Shown here: positions 9,927 through 22,268 of the stretch, in pieces
Layout of the letters: the number at the start of each line of letters is the position of its first letter
Numbering within the stretch: the stretch's first letter is position 1
Origin: Selaginella moellendorffii
Lineage: Eukaryota; Plantae; Lycopodiophyta
Assembly (NCBI RefSeq): GCF_000143415.4
Contig: NW_003314316.1
Location: 1,138,666-1,202,665, forward strand
DNA length: 64,000 nt
Reading direction: 5' to 3'
The notes under the pieces: generated by a model
What the model was told of the DNA's origin: nothing
What the model saw: only the letters and a program-made list of their open reading frames with translations
Database searches by the model: none
Made by a program: the position numbers and the translations under genes

Positions 9927-12397
9927 TGTAGCACACTTGAATTTGGAGTTGAACTCTAAGTATGTTGCACTATGAAATGAGGGTCCAGTACAATCCTATG
10001 AGCACTAGCTCCTTGTATCCAACACTTGCACTCAAAATGGTATTGGACGATGTTTGGCACAATTTTGGCATACCGGTGACCTAATACAAGGAGGAAGGTA
10101 CCCCACCAACTAAAGCAGCATGGGGCTTGGGCTTAGACCTAAGTCAGATGCAAAACAAGGAATGACACAGTTTAATGGAAGCCAAACTAATTTCTCAAAT
10201 GGTGGGACATACATTCCAACTACTATCCCTACTATATATTTGAAACCCTTTATTTCCCCCCCCCCCCCCCCATTGCCTTGAGGAACACATGCTTTGGGCT
10301 TTCACCCAAAGCCTCCCTTAGTACCAAGAGTTAGTCTTTGGGACAAACTTGAAACTTACTAAATATGGAATGTCATTAAATTGCAAATTTGGACATAGGA
10401 TGAACACCATTGTGTTCAAAACAATTTCTACATTCTGTAGATGTGCCAAATGAGCGAATTTAGACACTTTCCATAAATAGCATTTGGGACCAAAATTAGA
10501 CTAACACAAAAAACATGATAGCGAGGGTGTTTGGCAGACATAGTTGAGGGACTAGACTCAATACACGAGGGTTCTTGCCAAACTAGTTGTAAGCAACTAA
10601 ATTTTCCATTCTACTTTAATCACTTAACCACATCTCTAAGTAATTAAAGGAGTCTCACTCACAACCTTCATAAGTCCTATTCCAGACTTAGGGCTTGCTA
10701 GCCCTAATAATGACATCCACGCCACTCAACTTTTGCACTTAGTCCAAGTGTTCCATATGTCCAATCCCATTACCGACACCCAAAAGGTACTATCGACATA
10801 TCAACCCATTATGCTAAGACTATACCCATTCACCTTTGTTATACTGGTAGTCCAACATCACCTGCATCACAGTCTTATTTCTTAAAGACTGAGCCATCCA
10901 TTCATGAGTGGTCATCCCAAATCCACTCCTTAGCATCTTTAGGATGCTCATAAATATGGGGAACAATTTTCCCCAATACCCCTTTTTTAATCCCCACTAA
11001 ATCCCTTTCTATCCATGGCTGTATTCGCCAATACTGCCACTAGGTCAAGGCCCACAGACCCGACCACTATGCCCCACCGGCATTTGGGACTTCCTTGCTA
11101 TATGACTGCATCCTTGGTCACCACACAAGAGGATTACTCCTCTTCCTTTCCTTAGTCTGGGACTTTGGGACAACATTTCAAAACACTATGGCCCTACATG
11201 AGCCTTGTGGGTACTCTCCCCACCATCTGCCTTTAGGTGCTCTAGCCATAGGGCTAGAGCGAGGTTCCATTAAGCCTCACTAGGTATCCAAGTAAGTATG
11301 CCCACCCACGCTTAGACTGAGAGCATCGACCATTCGATCTCTTAAAGGAGCTACAGCCGGCTTTTGAACACTTCACCAAACTACCCCACTTGTATGTCTG
11401 TATTCACTATAGCTTTGGACTCCTCAATAGATATATGATCACCCAACATGTGGGCATAGCCTTCTTAGGTCACACTGGCCTTTTTTGGCCAAACTAGCTT
11501 TACTAGGGTCCAACCCCCACACCCTCCCTACTATACTTTTGGAACCCCCTGCAGCCCCCCTGCCCTGGGGGACGATCACTTTGGGCTTTCACCCAACAAC
11601 CTGTATTAGTATTCGAACTTGGACTTGAACTCGAACTCGAACTCAGACTTGGTCTCGGTCTCAGACTCAGACTTGGTCTTGGTCTTGGTCTTGGTCTCCG
11701 TCTCGGTCTTGGTCTCAGTCTCAGTTCCATCTCGGACTCCATCTTGGGTCCATCTCAGACTCCATTTTGGGTCCATCTCAAGTCCATCTTAGACTCCATC
11801 TCGAACTCCATCTTGGGTCCATCTTAGACTCCATTTCAGACTTCATTTTGGGTCCATTTTGGACTCTATCTCGGATCCATCTCAGACTCTATCTCAAGTC
11901 CATCTCAAACTCTTTCACATGTTATATGTTGATCCTCTTGTGTCCCTTTTCTAGAGACTCACTTACTGCTTGCTTCATGCTCGTTCCTTAAGCACTTTGT
12001 TGAGAGTTCCACTCCCATACTTGACTGTCTAAGTTGAAGCTTTTAGTCCAAACATAATACTCTCATTTGGCTTCCACTTCAGCCATTACCATGTGGCACC
12101 CTTTTAGCTCCACTTTTGGGGCTTTAGGATTTATTTCTCACATCAATGCAAGACAGAGCAAAAGAGAACTAACAAGCTAGGCCAAATATGCTTGGCTAAA
12201 TAGACACTTAAGAATTCCATCCTTATGCTCATCCGGCCAAGTATAGATGCTAAATCTAGTTTACTAACACTTGGATAAAAGAGGTTATTAAAAGGAACCA
12301 ACAATACTGACCTCCTGCCGTCATGGCAGTAAGGAGAGAGTGTCTATAAGGACTAACCGACAAATATCTTTCGATACCCAAAGTCACATTTGTGACA
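9927..12397 (+). mobile_element. Solo LTR family A, split by a nested solo LTR B
   Basis: TG...CA termini; 5-bp TSD GATAA/GATGA (intact site GGTGA in the pol at about 246). The two halves rejoin to match 46845-47741. Confidence 0.88.
10588..12142 (-). mobile_element. Solo LTR family B (about 1555 bp), inverted
   Basis: Reverse complement of 7518-9198; flanks CTAGT/TCAAT versus empty site CTAAT at 47490. Confidence 0.87.
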
Positions 12398-14312
12398 GAT
12401 GACATATGATGTAAGTGGTTCTGCATTTGGAGGAGCTCTCATGTAAGAAGGACAACCTATTGGATATGAAAGTTGAACTTTGAATTTTGCAGAGCAATGC
12501 TATTCCATATATGAACAAGAGTTACTTTCTATTGTTCATGCTTTGTAAACGTGGCAACACTATCTTTATGGTGCAGTGTTCATGGTGTTGATTGATTACA
12601 AACCTCTTGTGTGTATCTTTTCACACAGAAGGAGTTGAACACTAAGCAAAATTATTGGATGGTCAAACTCCTAAAGTTTGGGGAGTTTCCTATTGAGCAT
12701 CGTCTGGGTAAATCAAATGTGGTGGCAAATGCTTTATCTTGTGTTTATCATTTGACAACATTACAAACATGGTTTTGTCATCATTTGAGTAAGGTGGTTA
12801 ACAAGTTTAGGTAGTTGGTTGAGTGTGCTCAGGCTCAAGATGCTGAGGTAGTCTCTTTATAAGCCCAAATAAAAACACTTTCCTCATTGGTGGATGAAAT
12901 TCTTTACTACAATACTCATATATATTTGCCATGAGTGGATGCATTGATTCCTTAGGTTGTATTCCACTATCATGATCATCTAAATGCAAGTCATTTTGGG
13001 GGGAGGAAGACATATGAGTTGATTAAGTGTAATTTTTATTGGAGGAATATAAAGGTTAATATCCTTGAGTATTGTAAATCATGCACTCTTTGTCAGCAAG
13101 TAAATGTGCCATGGGAGAAGCTGGGGGGACTTTTGCAACCTTTACCTATTTCTCAGAACCATTGGTGTAGTATCTCTATTTACTTCATTACTTATTTGCT
13201 ATGAATATAAAGGCAAAAGGAGCAAATATGGGTCATAATGGATCATTTGACGAAGTATGTGTGGTTGTTGGCTTTTCGGAAGACTGTCACTACCTCAGAC
13301 TTGGCTGCAATTTACTTGGAGAAGGTTTTTCCTAATTTTGGTTTGCCCGAGGACGTTATTAATGATCAAAATTCAAAGTTCACTAGTGGATTTGGAAGAG
13401 CTTTGCAAAGGCTATGCAAATGACTTTGAAACTCTCAAGTGAAAATCATTCTCAAATGGATGAGCAAACCAAGCATGTGAATCAGGTGGTGGAAGATATG
13501 CTAAGTTGTAGCATTAATCAAAGGCAGAGACAATGGGATTTATATCTTCTGTTAGTGTAAATTTACCTACAATAATAACCAATACAGTGGAATTAAACTA
13601 AATCTTTACTTTGCCATATTTGGAAGGCATCCTAGGAACAACGATGGAGTTGGGATTGCATTTGAGTAAAGATGTTCAAGATAAGTTTGATTCCAAGGTG
13701 ACTGGTTTGGCCATAGAACTTGATGAGATTCTGGTGGAGTGCAAATAGAATTTGCAAATAGCTCAAGATAAAGCAAAGAAGTTTGCAATGAGCATCACCA
13801 ATTCCAAGAATATAAAGTGGGTGATCTTATTTTTGTGTAAATGATTTTTTCGTCAAGTAAGCAATAGAACACATTGGTGCCTTTATGCAATAAGAAGAGT
13901 GACAAATTTTCCCATCAATATGTTGGTCCATATGAAGTGCTATAACACATTGGTAAGATAGCTTATTAGGTGCAACTGCTAGTTAGGGTGAAAATTCATT
14001 CAGTATTTTATATCAACTAGTTAAAAGGTGTACTATCTCAAATCAGTATACTATATTATATATACTATCTTGATGTATATGGTTCTCTAAAAAGGATGAT
14101 CACCGGTACAACTAGTCCTTAGGACAAACTATCTCAAATCACTATACTATACTATGTATACCATCTTGATATATATAGTTCTTAGAAAGGGTGATCACAG
14201 TTGGGGGGAAGAATTGTTAGGCATCAACTTTAACCACATACACAAGAGAAGGCATAACATACTTTAGAAAGATTAGATTTTTGTCTTTTCACACTGAATC
14301 ATAACATTGGTA

Positions 14313-14498
14313 TTAGAAGTTTATCAAACCTTGGTTCTCCTTCTAGATCCACCATGTTAAATATTTCTTTAAAATATTCCTACCCCACTTGTTAGTCATG
14401 AGAATCAAATTAGGCTCCAATACTAATATTACTCCCTAAGCCAACTAGGTAAAAAGGTAATCACTTGATTGTATATTATCCTGACTTAATGTCTAACA
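14313..14498 (-). mobile_element. Decayed truncated copy of the TRIM, inverted
   Basis: Reverse complement of about 2259-2470 (LTR, PBS and internal GAGAACCAAGGTTTG). Confidence 0.85.
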
Positions 14499-14897
14499 AT
14501 CTCTTGTTGGAGTTTGACAAACACACAATTTCTGGCTGGGCTTAGAAGGAGCTTGCTGTTCATAATTGTTCTTCACGTCAAGAGTGTTCACTGAGGCGAT
14601 ACAACACCTGCATCCATTCAGGTGAAACCAAGCCATGCCAGTCACGATCAACAACAGTAAGATGTAAGCCATGTCCATCTTCTCCATCAAGCGGCAACTA
14701 CTGCCACTTTCCATCACTCCGAGAACTGCAAGTTCTGTTTTGTCAAAAAACTGTGATCCAGTTGCTTTCCTGGCATGACTTGAGGAGACAGAGGCCTCTT
14801 CAAAGCACAGAGCTTGTCACATCATGTTGTGTAAGCAAATCAAATTTGAAAAAGGAAAAAATATGACACTTTGCCGACCATATCAACCAGTACATGA

Positions 14898-16029
14898 TCA
14901 TGCAAGCACTGGAAACAGCTTTGATACCACGTCCAAGGAAATGTTATCTCCAGCGTTTTTCCTCTGTGATGGATCGTTGTATTCATTAGATGGTAGCGTG
15001 ACAACCTATAGCAGTGATGAGATCAACCAGTGAGTGCCATTTTCTTCTGAGACTTACCTGGCTTCCGCCATGGCCCTTGTGAAGCTTCCAACCGCTGTTG
15101 GCTGCATGAAATTCAAGATACTTATCCAACGATAAGCCCTCCAAATTCAGAGCCTGCAAGGATAGAACGTCCGTCACAATACTTCGTATCATAGTTTTCT
15201 TTCTACCTCTGCAAGGACGGCCCTGGGGACCTTTTGGTACGTCAGGGACAAGACGTGCACCCCGTACGACTGGATTGCGCTCTCAAATCCTGAAACAAAC
15301 TCTTTAGAATTTTAAAACTAAACAGAATCTTCTCGTACCTGGAATGACTTCTAAAATGTCACGATTACGAGCAGCCTCGTCCCAAAACTCGCGGAACCTA
15401 GCAGTCTGAGAGGAAAATGAACATAAGCGAAGGAAAGCGCGGCTAGCAGCGGAGTACCTCCAAGTAGTGAGACAGAGTTGCCAGAGTAAAGAACGGGTGC
15501 AGCATATGCTGATAAACCAAGTGAGAAAACAGAAACCCGGAAGCACAAGGACTTACAAGTCGTTCTGGCACAAGGCACATACAGAGGCCAAAATCCGGAG
15601 CTGGCATTGCCATCAAAGCCTGCAATTCATATATGAGTGCAGCACTAGAAGCACAACAAGCCTACCTTCACAAGGATTTTAGTCACAATGTTGACATTAA
15701 GATTTCGTGGCTCAAACTGGTCGTGAGAAAAACCAGTTGGCGCAGGAAAGGAACGACTAAACGAAAGGCAAGAAGAGCTTGCATACCTGGTAAAGCCGTA
15801 GAAGGCACAGATTGGAATCAAAACTGTAAGTCTCAGTAGCAACCTATAGAATAAACACGCTAAGAGAAAGCAAGAAAAAGAAACAAAACGAAGAACTAGT
15901 TTTCCGGACCTGTTCTTGCACATAGGCTTCCAGATCGGGAAGAATGTCTGGATTGTAAGGATTGAGCGCGACTAGCTGCTCCATCGTTAGCTGCGGCTGC
16001 TCCTGCTCTCTCTCCCATTCCGACACCAT
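14898..16029 (-). CDS. eIF3k: Eukaryotic translation initiation factor 3 subunit K (multi-exon)
   Basis: N-terminus LVALNPYNPDILPDLEAYVQEQV; internal LQALMAMPAPDF, RFREFWDEAA, LEGLSLDKYLE; C-terminus LPSNEYN...KLFPVLA*. Confidence 0.93.
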
Positions 16030-16270
16030 ATTTCCGACCTAAAGCACGACATGTCGCGATTCCAGGCCGCATTGCATCGATGGACAACATACCTCACCGC
16101 CGGCGCCGAGCGCTCGCACAGCCTTGAGCTTCGAGGATTAGGGCACAGCGAGGGTTTTGGCAGACGAATATGCCTGTAGGAATATTCTCTCATGTGCGGG
16201 TATATATTACGGAGATCCTGGTGGCTTGCCCTAACCCTAGATTTCCCTGAGAGAGATAGAGCAAGCAGGA
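16030..16270. promoter_or_regulatory. Putative bidirectional promoter of eIF3k and eIF4B with telo-box-like motifs
   Basis: 241 bp between divergent ATGs; AGGGTTTT (16151), TATATA (16201), CCCTAACCCTAG (16229). Confidence 0.55.
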
Positions 16271-17774
16271 ATGGCGCGTCCTTGGGGCAAGGTCGGCGCC
16301 TGGGCGGACGATTCGGAAGCGGAAGCGGCAGCGGCAGCGGCGCCCACAGCGCCACCGCCAGCAGCGCCGTTGCCAGTGGAAGCGTTTCCATCGCTGGGGG
16401 AGGCCGCCGCCGCGAAATCCAGCAAGAAGAAGAAAGGTCAGACGCTTACTTTCGCGGAGTTCCAATCAGGGAAGTATGTTCCCGGTGTTAAGCAGCGGAG
16501 CTCGGCATCGTCGGGGATCTTCACCGACAGCGATCGCCTCACGTCGGACGAGATGATGATGCTGCCGACGGGGCCCAAGGATCGATCGGACGAGGAGCCC
16601 TATGAGCAGGGCGGGCGATTGGGTGGCGGCTTCCGGGACTATGGCGGTTTCCGGGGCGACAGGGATCGCGGGGACAGGGATAGAGGTGATAGAGGCGATA
16701 GGGAGCGCGATCAGCGTGGCTTTGGATTCGATAGAGAGCGCGAGGCCTCTCGCGCCGACGATAGCAGCGACTGGAGCTCCAACAAGCCTTCCAGGAGGAG
16801 CTGGAGGAGGAGGTGGTGGGCGATTTGACGACGAGAATCGGCGGTACAGTGGCGATCGCTTTGGTGGCGATAGAGATCTTCCCTCCAAGGCGGATGAGGT
16901 TGATAATTGGGCTTCTGGGAAGAAATCGCTGCCTCCTCCCGAGAGGAGATCCGATGACTTTGGTAGGAGGTCCGATGACTTTGGTAAAGGTGGTTTTGGG
17001 AAAGCTGACGCTGATGACAACTGGGGAGCTAACAAGAAGCCCGTGGTCTCGGACAAGTGGTCGTTTCGCAGGTCTGATGACTACGGCGACCCCGACTCTG
17101 GCGACAAATGGAGCAGGAGGAGCAACGATGACTCTCCCGGCGATGATAAGTGGGGCGCTAGGAAAGCTGGCGATGAGGCCCCTCGCAGGCCACGGTTGAA
17201 TCTACGGCCCCGGACCCTCCCGCTGGAGAATTCGCCGCCTCCAGTGTCTGCTGATCAACAACATGGCAGTCGGCCATCCAGCAGTCACTCTAGTCGACCG
17301 GGGAGTCCTCCAGAAGTGGAAGCACCTCCAGTTGAGCCAAAGCCACGCCAGAAAGTGGATCCTTTTGGGAACGCAAAGCCGAGGGAGGTGTTGCTGGAGC
17401 AACGAGGACAGGACTGGCGGAAGATGGATATGGATCTCGAGAGCAAAAGGTAAGTAGTCTTGTAAAGTTTCGTGTTCGTTCTTCCCCTGATGTGGTGTTA
17501 TAGGCCCGACACTGACGAGGAGAAGAAGCTCAAGGAAGAGATCGTGTCCCTGAAAGAGCTAGCGGATAGCACCGCCGACCCTGCCGTGAAGGAGCAACTA
17601 GCCGAGAAGGAACAGGAGCTCGAGCAGCTGGTCAAAGAGCTTCATTCGAAGGCACGGGTATCGTCGGATCGTTGGAGGAAGGACGAGTCGAGAATCACTA
17701 GCCCTCCCGCTACAAGGCGCGATCCATGGAAGCGGGAGAATGGAAGGGATCGGCCAACGGTTGATCGATGGTGA
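16271..17774 (+). CDS. eIF4B: Plant-type eukaryotic initiation factor 4B, with an apparent frameshift near 16790
   Basis: PWGKVGAWA, AFPSLGEAA, LPTGPKDR, SRAD..DW repeats, RPRLNLRPRT, PFGNAKPREVLL; intron 17450-17502. Confidence 0.88.
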
Positions 17775-18015
17775 TGATTCCAACAGCTTTTCGATTTTGT
17801 GTTACGACCGTCGCCCACCATGATCTCGTGCTCTACAATAATCCGGGTGGCGACGGAGGTGAGAGATCTACTCTATTAATTTTTATTAATAATCCACAGT
17901 GTTCTTCGTTTATTACATTGAAAGTATCTTCGACCGCTCATCCTTGACGTGTCCTGTTGTGCTATAGTATTTTATTATTTGGGAGATTCAAGGAGATTCA
18001 AGTAAAAGGGATGAA

Positions 18016-19063
18016 ATGAGGAGCTCTTTTGATCCTAGCGTGGATTTGGATCGTCCAAGCTTCGACTTGGATCGTCCCAGCTTTGAATTGGGTCGCCAGA
18101 GCTTTTCTACGGCGAGGAACTGGGAGATTTTCGACACTCCGAGTCCTCCGCGAAGATCTTGCGTGTGTTCTTCGTCCTCGGCTTCGCTGTCCGGCGCTCG
18201 ATCGGCTCCTCGGCTCTCCATCACTACTCCTCTTTCGGAGCGGCAAGGAGGCAAGTTCTTTAGCTTCTCGGCGTGCTCCACGCCGGCTAGCAACTATGTG
18301 TTTCGGTGCTTGGGCTCCGGAGAAGTGGGAGCTCCGCGGAGGATTTTGATCGTGGTGGACGCGAGCAAAGATGTGACCACTGAGTCACTCGAGTGGACGC
18401 TCACACACATTGCTCAGCCGGGGGACTTCGTCACCATCCTGGGACTCTTGCCATGGCTTACACTTCCAAGTAAGTGAATCTAAGTTCATCAAGCTTGAAA
18501 GAAAAGCTTCTGTGCAGTGGCCGTGAAGCGATGGGCCAAGCTCAAAAAGATCGATGAGAGTCCCAGTCGCTTTGAGTCTCCGGAGTTTGTGAGGATACAA
18601 GAACTTTATGCAACCAAAGGGGTGAGTTTATATCATCTCTGTTCGCCAAATAATTTGCTTGTGTCCTAGGTGTTCTTGGGGATCCAAATTCTTTCGGGCT
18701 TTCCTAGAAGAGATATCGCTGTGGACATGGCAAGGCGAATCGATGCAAGATGGATAATCTTCTACAAGTTCAGAACTTGGGCTCTCTCATTCATATTTGA
18801 TTAACTGTTTTGTTTTCCTTAGGTGGATGTGTGGTAGCTCCAATTATATTATAAAGAGACTGGGCAAGAAGAGGAACATTGTGTACCTGACCAGCAAAAG
18901 CGAGGGAATTGTGCTCTTTGCCTCTAAGCCCGCGATAATCAGTATCCACGAAGCACCCGGATTCAGTAATAGCCCTTCAAATCAAAATCCTGTGAAGGTT
19001 GAGCTCAACTTTGGAGCAAGGCGAATGAAGCTATCCCAATGGATGAACGCAATCAAATTATAA
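18016..19063 (+). CDS. USP-like (adenine nucleotide alpha hydrolase-like) domain protein
   Basis: RRILIVVDASK..LEWTLTHIAQPGDFVTIL; short introns at about 18470-18517, 18622-18669 and 18768-18822. Confidence 0.7.
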
Positions 19064-19312
19064 TTATCAGCTTATGATTCATAAATCAAACATTGTAATG
19101 ATCATTCTTTTTAGAGACGACAAATCTAGCTGGTGGAGTTTCTCTGTAAGCAATAACTAGGACGCTGTTGGGACCAGCAAGTACAGAGACAGAATCGTTT
19201 CAATTTCTTTTGGTTGAGTGGGCAATATCAATTGTGGTCCAGCCAGCATATCCGATCCTCATTTCCACGCTATAAAACCCTACGTTCCAAACTCCTCCAT
19301 CGCCGCAGCACA

Positions 19313-22268
19313 ATGGAATCATCCCATTCACTCAATAGCTACAGCCTCCTTATCTCTTCCTTGCTCTTGGCACTCTTCTTTTCATGCATTGCAACTCAAT
19401 GTTCAGATGATCCAAAGGTGTACATTGTGTACATGGGTGCTGCTGATGAGCATCACAGCCACTTGCTGTCTAGCCACCACGCACAAATGCTCGCATCTGT
19501 CTCCAACAGGTGAAATCAGTCACAATGCATCCAAATGCCCAGCATATAAAATATCTATAGATTCTATAGCTGTTTGTGTTCTTTTGTGTTCTAATTATTA
19601 TTTGCTTTTTTGTATTGTGCTGTGGCAGGAGTGTGGAATCAGCTATGGAAACTATTGTCCACAGCTACACCCGAGCCATCAATGGCTTTGCCGCAAAGAT
19701 GCTCCCCAGCCAAGCATCTATGCTACAACGTAAATTCCACCACTTTCTCTGCTGTTTCATAACACATACATACACTGAAATTTCACATTTCATATGGTTT
19801 TCTCCATGAACTATATAGAGATGCCGGGCGTGGTTTCCGTGTTTGAGGACTACACAGTGTCCCTCCAGACAACCCGTTCTATAAACTTCATAGGGCTGGA
19901 GGACGCATCCGGAAACACTGCAGCAAACTCGCTATGGAAGAAAACAATGGGCGAAAACATGATAATTGGCGTACTGGACTCGGGTATATGCCAATCCCCG
20001 ATTCGAATCTTTCTTTAAATCTCCCGCATTTTCTTCTAGGTGTCTGGCCAGAGTCGGCGAGCTTCAGCGACGCCGGGCTGCCGGCTTCCCTTCCTGCGAA
20101 GTGGCACGGAAGCTGTGCGTCGAGCGCCTCCTTCACATGCAACAGGTAACGCGGATTAGATCTCTCGATCGATCGTTTCATCGAGTCGACGTAGGGATTG
20201 CTTCTTTTGTATTGCTGCTGGAGATTTCGCTGATGGCGCTTGCAGGAAAGTAATTGGCGCGCGGTACTATGGCTTTTCCGGCGGCAGCCCCCTGAATCCT
20301 CGCGATGTAACTGGGCATGGATCTCATGTCTCCTCCATAGCAGCGGGAGCTCGTGTGGCCGGCGTTGACGACTTAGGGCTCGCCAGAGGCACCGCAAAGG
20401 GCGTCGCGCCCCAGGCTCGAATTGCCGTGTACAAGATCTGCTGGGCGGAGAAGTGCGCGGGAGCCGATGTTCTCAAGGGCTGGGACGATGCGATTGGCGA
20501 TGGCGTGGACGTGATCAATTACTCGGTGGGAAACTCAAACAGTCCCTACTGGTCTGACGTTGCCTCCATCGGTGGCTTCCATGCCGTGCGGAAAGGGGTC
20601 GTGGTGGTCGCAGCTGCTGCAAATGGTGGCATCGGCTGTGTTGTACAGAACACTGCGCCGTGGGTGACGACGGTCGCTGCGAGCACGATCGATCGACGCT
20701 TCCCGAGTAACGTCGTCCTGGGAGATGGTTCAGTATACCAAGTAAGTTCTCTCCGCGAATTTTTCTTTCCTTTGCTCACTTCTTGTTCAGGGATCAAGCA
20801 TCAACAACATTAGTCTCGGCAATAGTTTTTATCCTCTGGTGAATGGACGGGACATTCCTGCGAAGCCCACAACTTCACCCGAAAGGCAAGCTTGTATTGT
20901 TACTCTTTCTTGCTTGACTGGTTTTTCTCTTTCTCTCATTGTGTAGTGCTATGGGCTGCTCGCCTGGAGCTCTTGATCCTGCCAAAGCCCAGGGAAAGAT
21001 AGTTCTTTGCGGCCCTCCATCCGTGGATTTCAAAGATATCGCTGATGGATTGAAGGCTATTGGTGCAGTTGGGTTTATTATGGGAAACGATGCAGATGGC
21101 AAGGAGAGATTGCTGTCACTCAGATTCACGATGCCTGCTACTGAAGTTGGAAACACAGCTGCAAATTCTATTTCTTCCTACATCAAGTCAAGCAGGTAAA
21201 TAAGTTTTGCTTTGAAAATTCGATTACTCGATCACGAGGTGTCTTGTAGGAATCCAACCGCAAAGATTATACCGCCAACAACAGTGATTAATCAGAAGCC
21301 ATCGCCCATGATGGGAATCTTCTCTTGTAAAGGTCCCAACCCTGTTGTCTCAGACATTCTCAAGGTCTGTGCCATGCAGATTGTATATGTTCAGTGATTA
21401 ACGGTGTTTGTGCGAGTGGAAAAACAGCCAGACGTAACAGCTCCAGGCGTGGACATCCTTGCCGCATGGTCAGAAGCAGCTGATAAGCCACCTCTCAAGT
21501 ATAAGTTCGCCAGTGGAACATCAATGGCCAGTCCCCATGTTGCAGGCTTAAGCACACTTCTCAAATCCTTGCATTCTGATTGGAGTCCAGCAGCGATCAA
21601 GTCTGCGATCATGACCACAGGTATCTTAAAAGCTGCCGAGATTTTTTAGCATTGTAAACTTACAGTTCTAATCCATCACCACAGCTTACACGCAAGACAA
21701 CACCGGGAAGACAATTCTCGACGGTGACTATGACGTCGCTGGTCCCTTCAACTATGGATCAGGACACATCAATCCGGTTGCAGCAGCGGATCCGGGGCTT
21801 GTTTACGATGCAGGAAAGCAGGACTACGTCGCTTTCTTGTGCAACATTGGCTTCTCGGCAGGACAGATCCAAGCTATGACTGGAGAACCTGGTAACTGTC
21901 CTGCCACCAGAGGCCGAGGCAGCGACTTAAACTACCCGTCAGTGACGCTCACCAATCTGGCCAGAGGGGCAGCAGTGACGAGAACTCTCACCAGTGTCAG
22001 CGATTCGCCAAGCACGTATAGCATTGGTATAACTCCACCGAGCGGGATCAGTGTTACTGTCAATCCAACGAGCTTGACGTTCAGCAAGAAGGGGGAACAA
22101 AAGACGTTCACGCTCAACTTCGTTGTGAACTATGATTTCCTGCCTCGACAGTACGTGTATGGTGAGTATGTGTGGTATGACAACACGCACACTGTTCGCA
22201 GCCCGATTGTGGTCAATGCGGTGAGTCGCCTTGCAATCGGGGAAGAGAAATTGGTTTCTGAGATTTGA
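19313..22268 (+). CDS. Subtilisin-like serine protease (S8A) with signal peptide, I9 prodomain, PA and Fn3-like domains
   Basis: [57 protein letters not shown]; TATAAAA at 19271. Confidence 0.95.

Larger units (their letters stand above)
7385..14306 (+). mobile_element. Decayed second copy of Gypsy family C, interrupted by nested insertions
   Basis: RT remnant KINLRNGYHQI at about 7440. RT thumb at 9570-9926, of which 9690-9926 aligns to 1-250. RNase H/integrase at 12398-14040 is colinear with about 250-1890 but has many stops. PPT plus internally deleted LTR at 14215-14306. Confidence 0.88.

Noticed and set aside
17770-17870. C/D snoRNA or SECIS element
   Set aside because: GTGATGA overlaps the eIF4B stop, there is no CTGA D box at a suitable distance, the SECIS core geometry is absent, and land plants lack Sec machinery.
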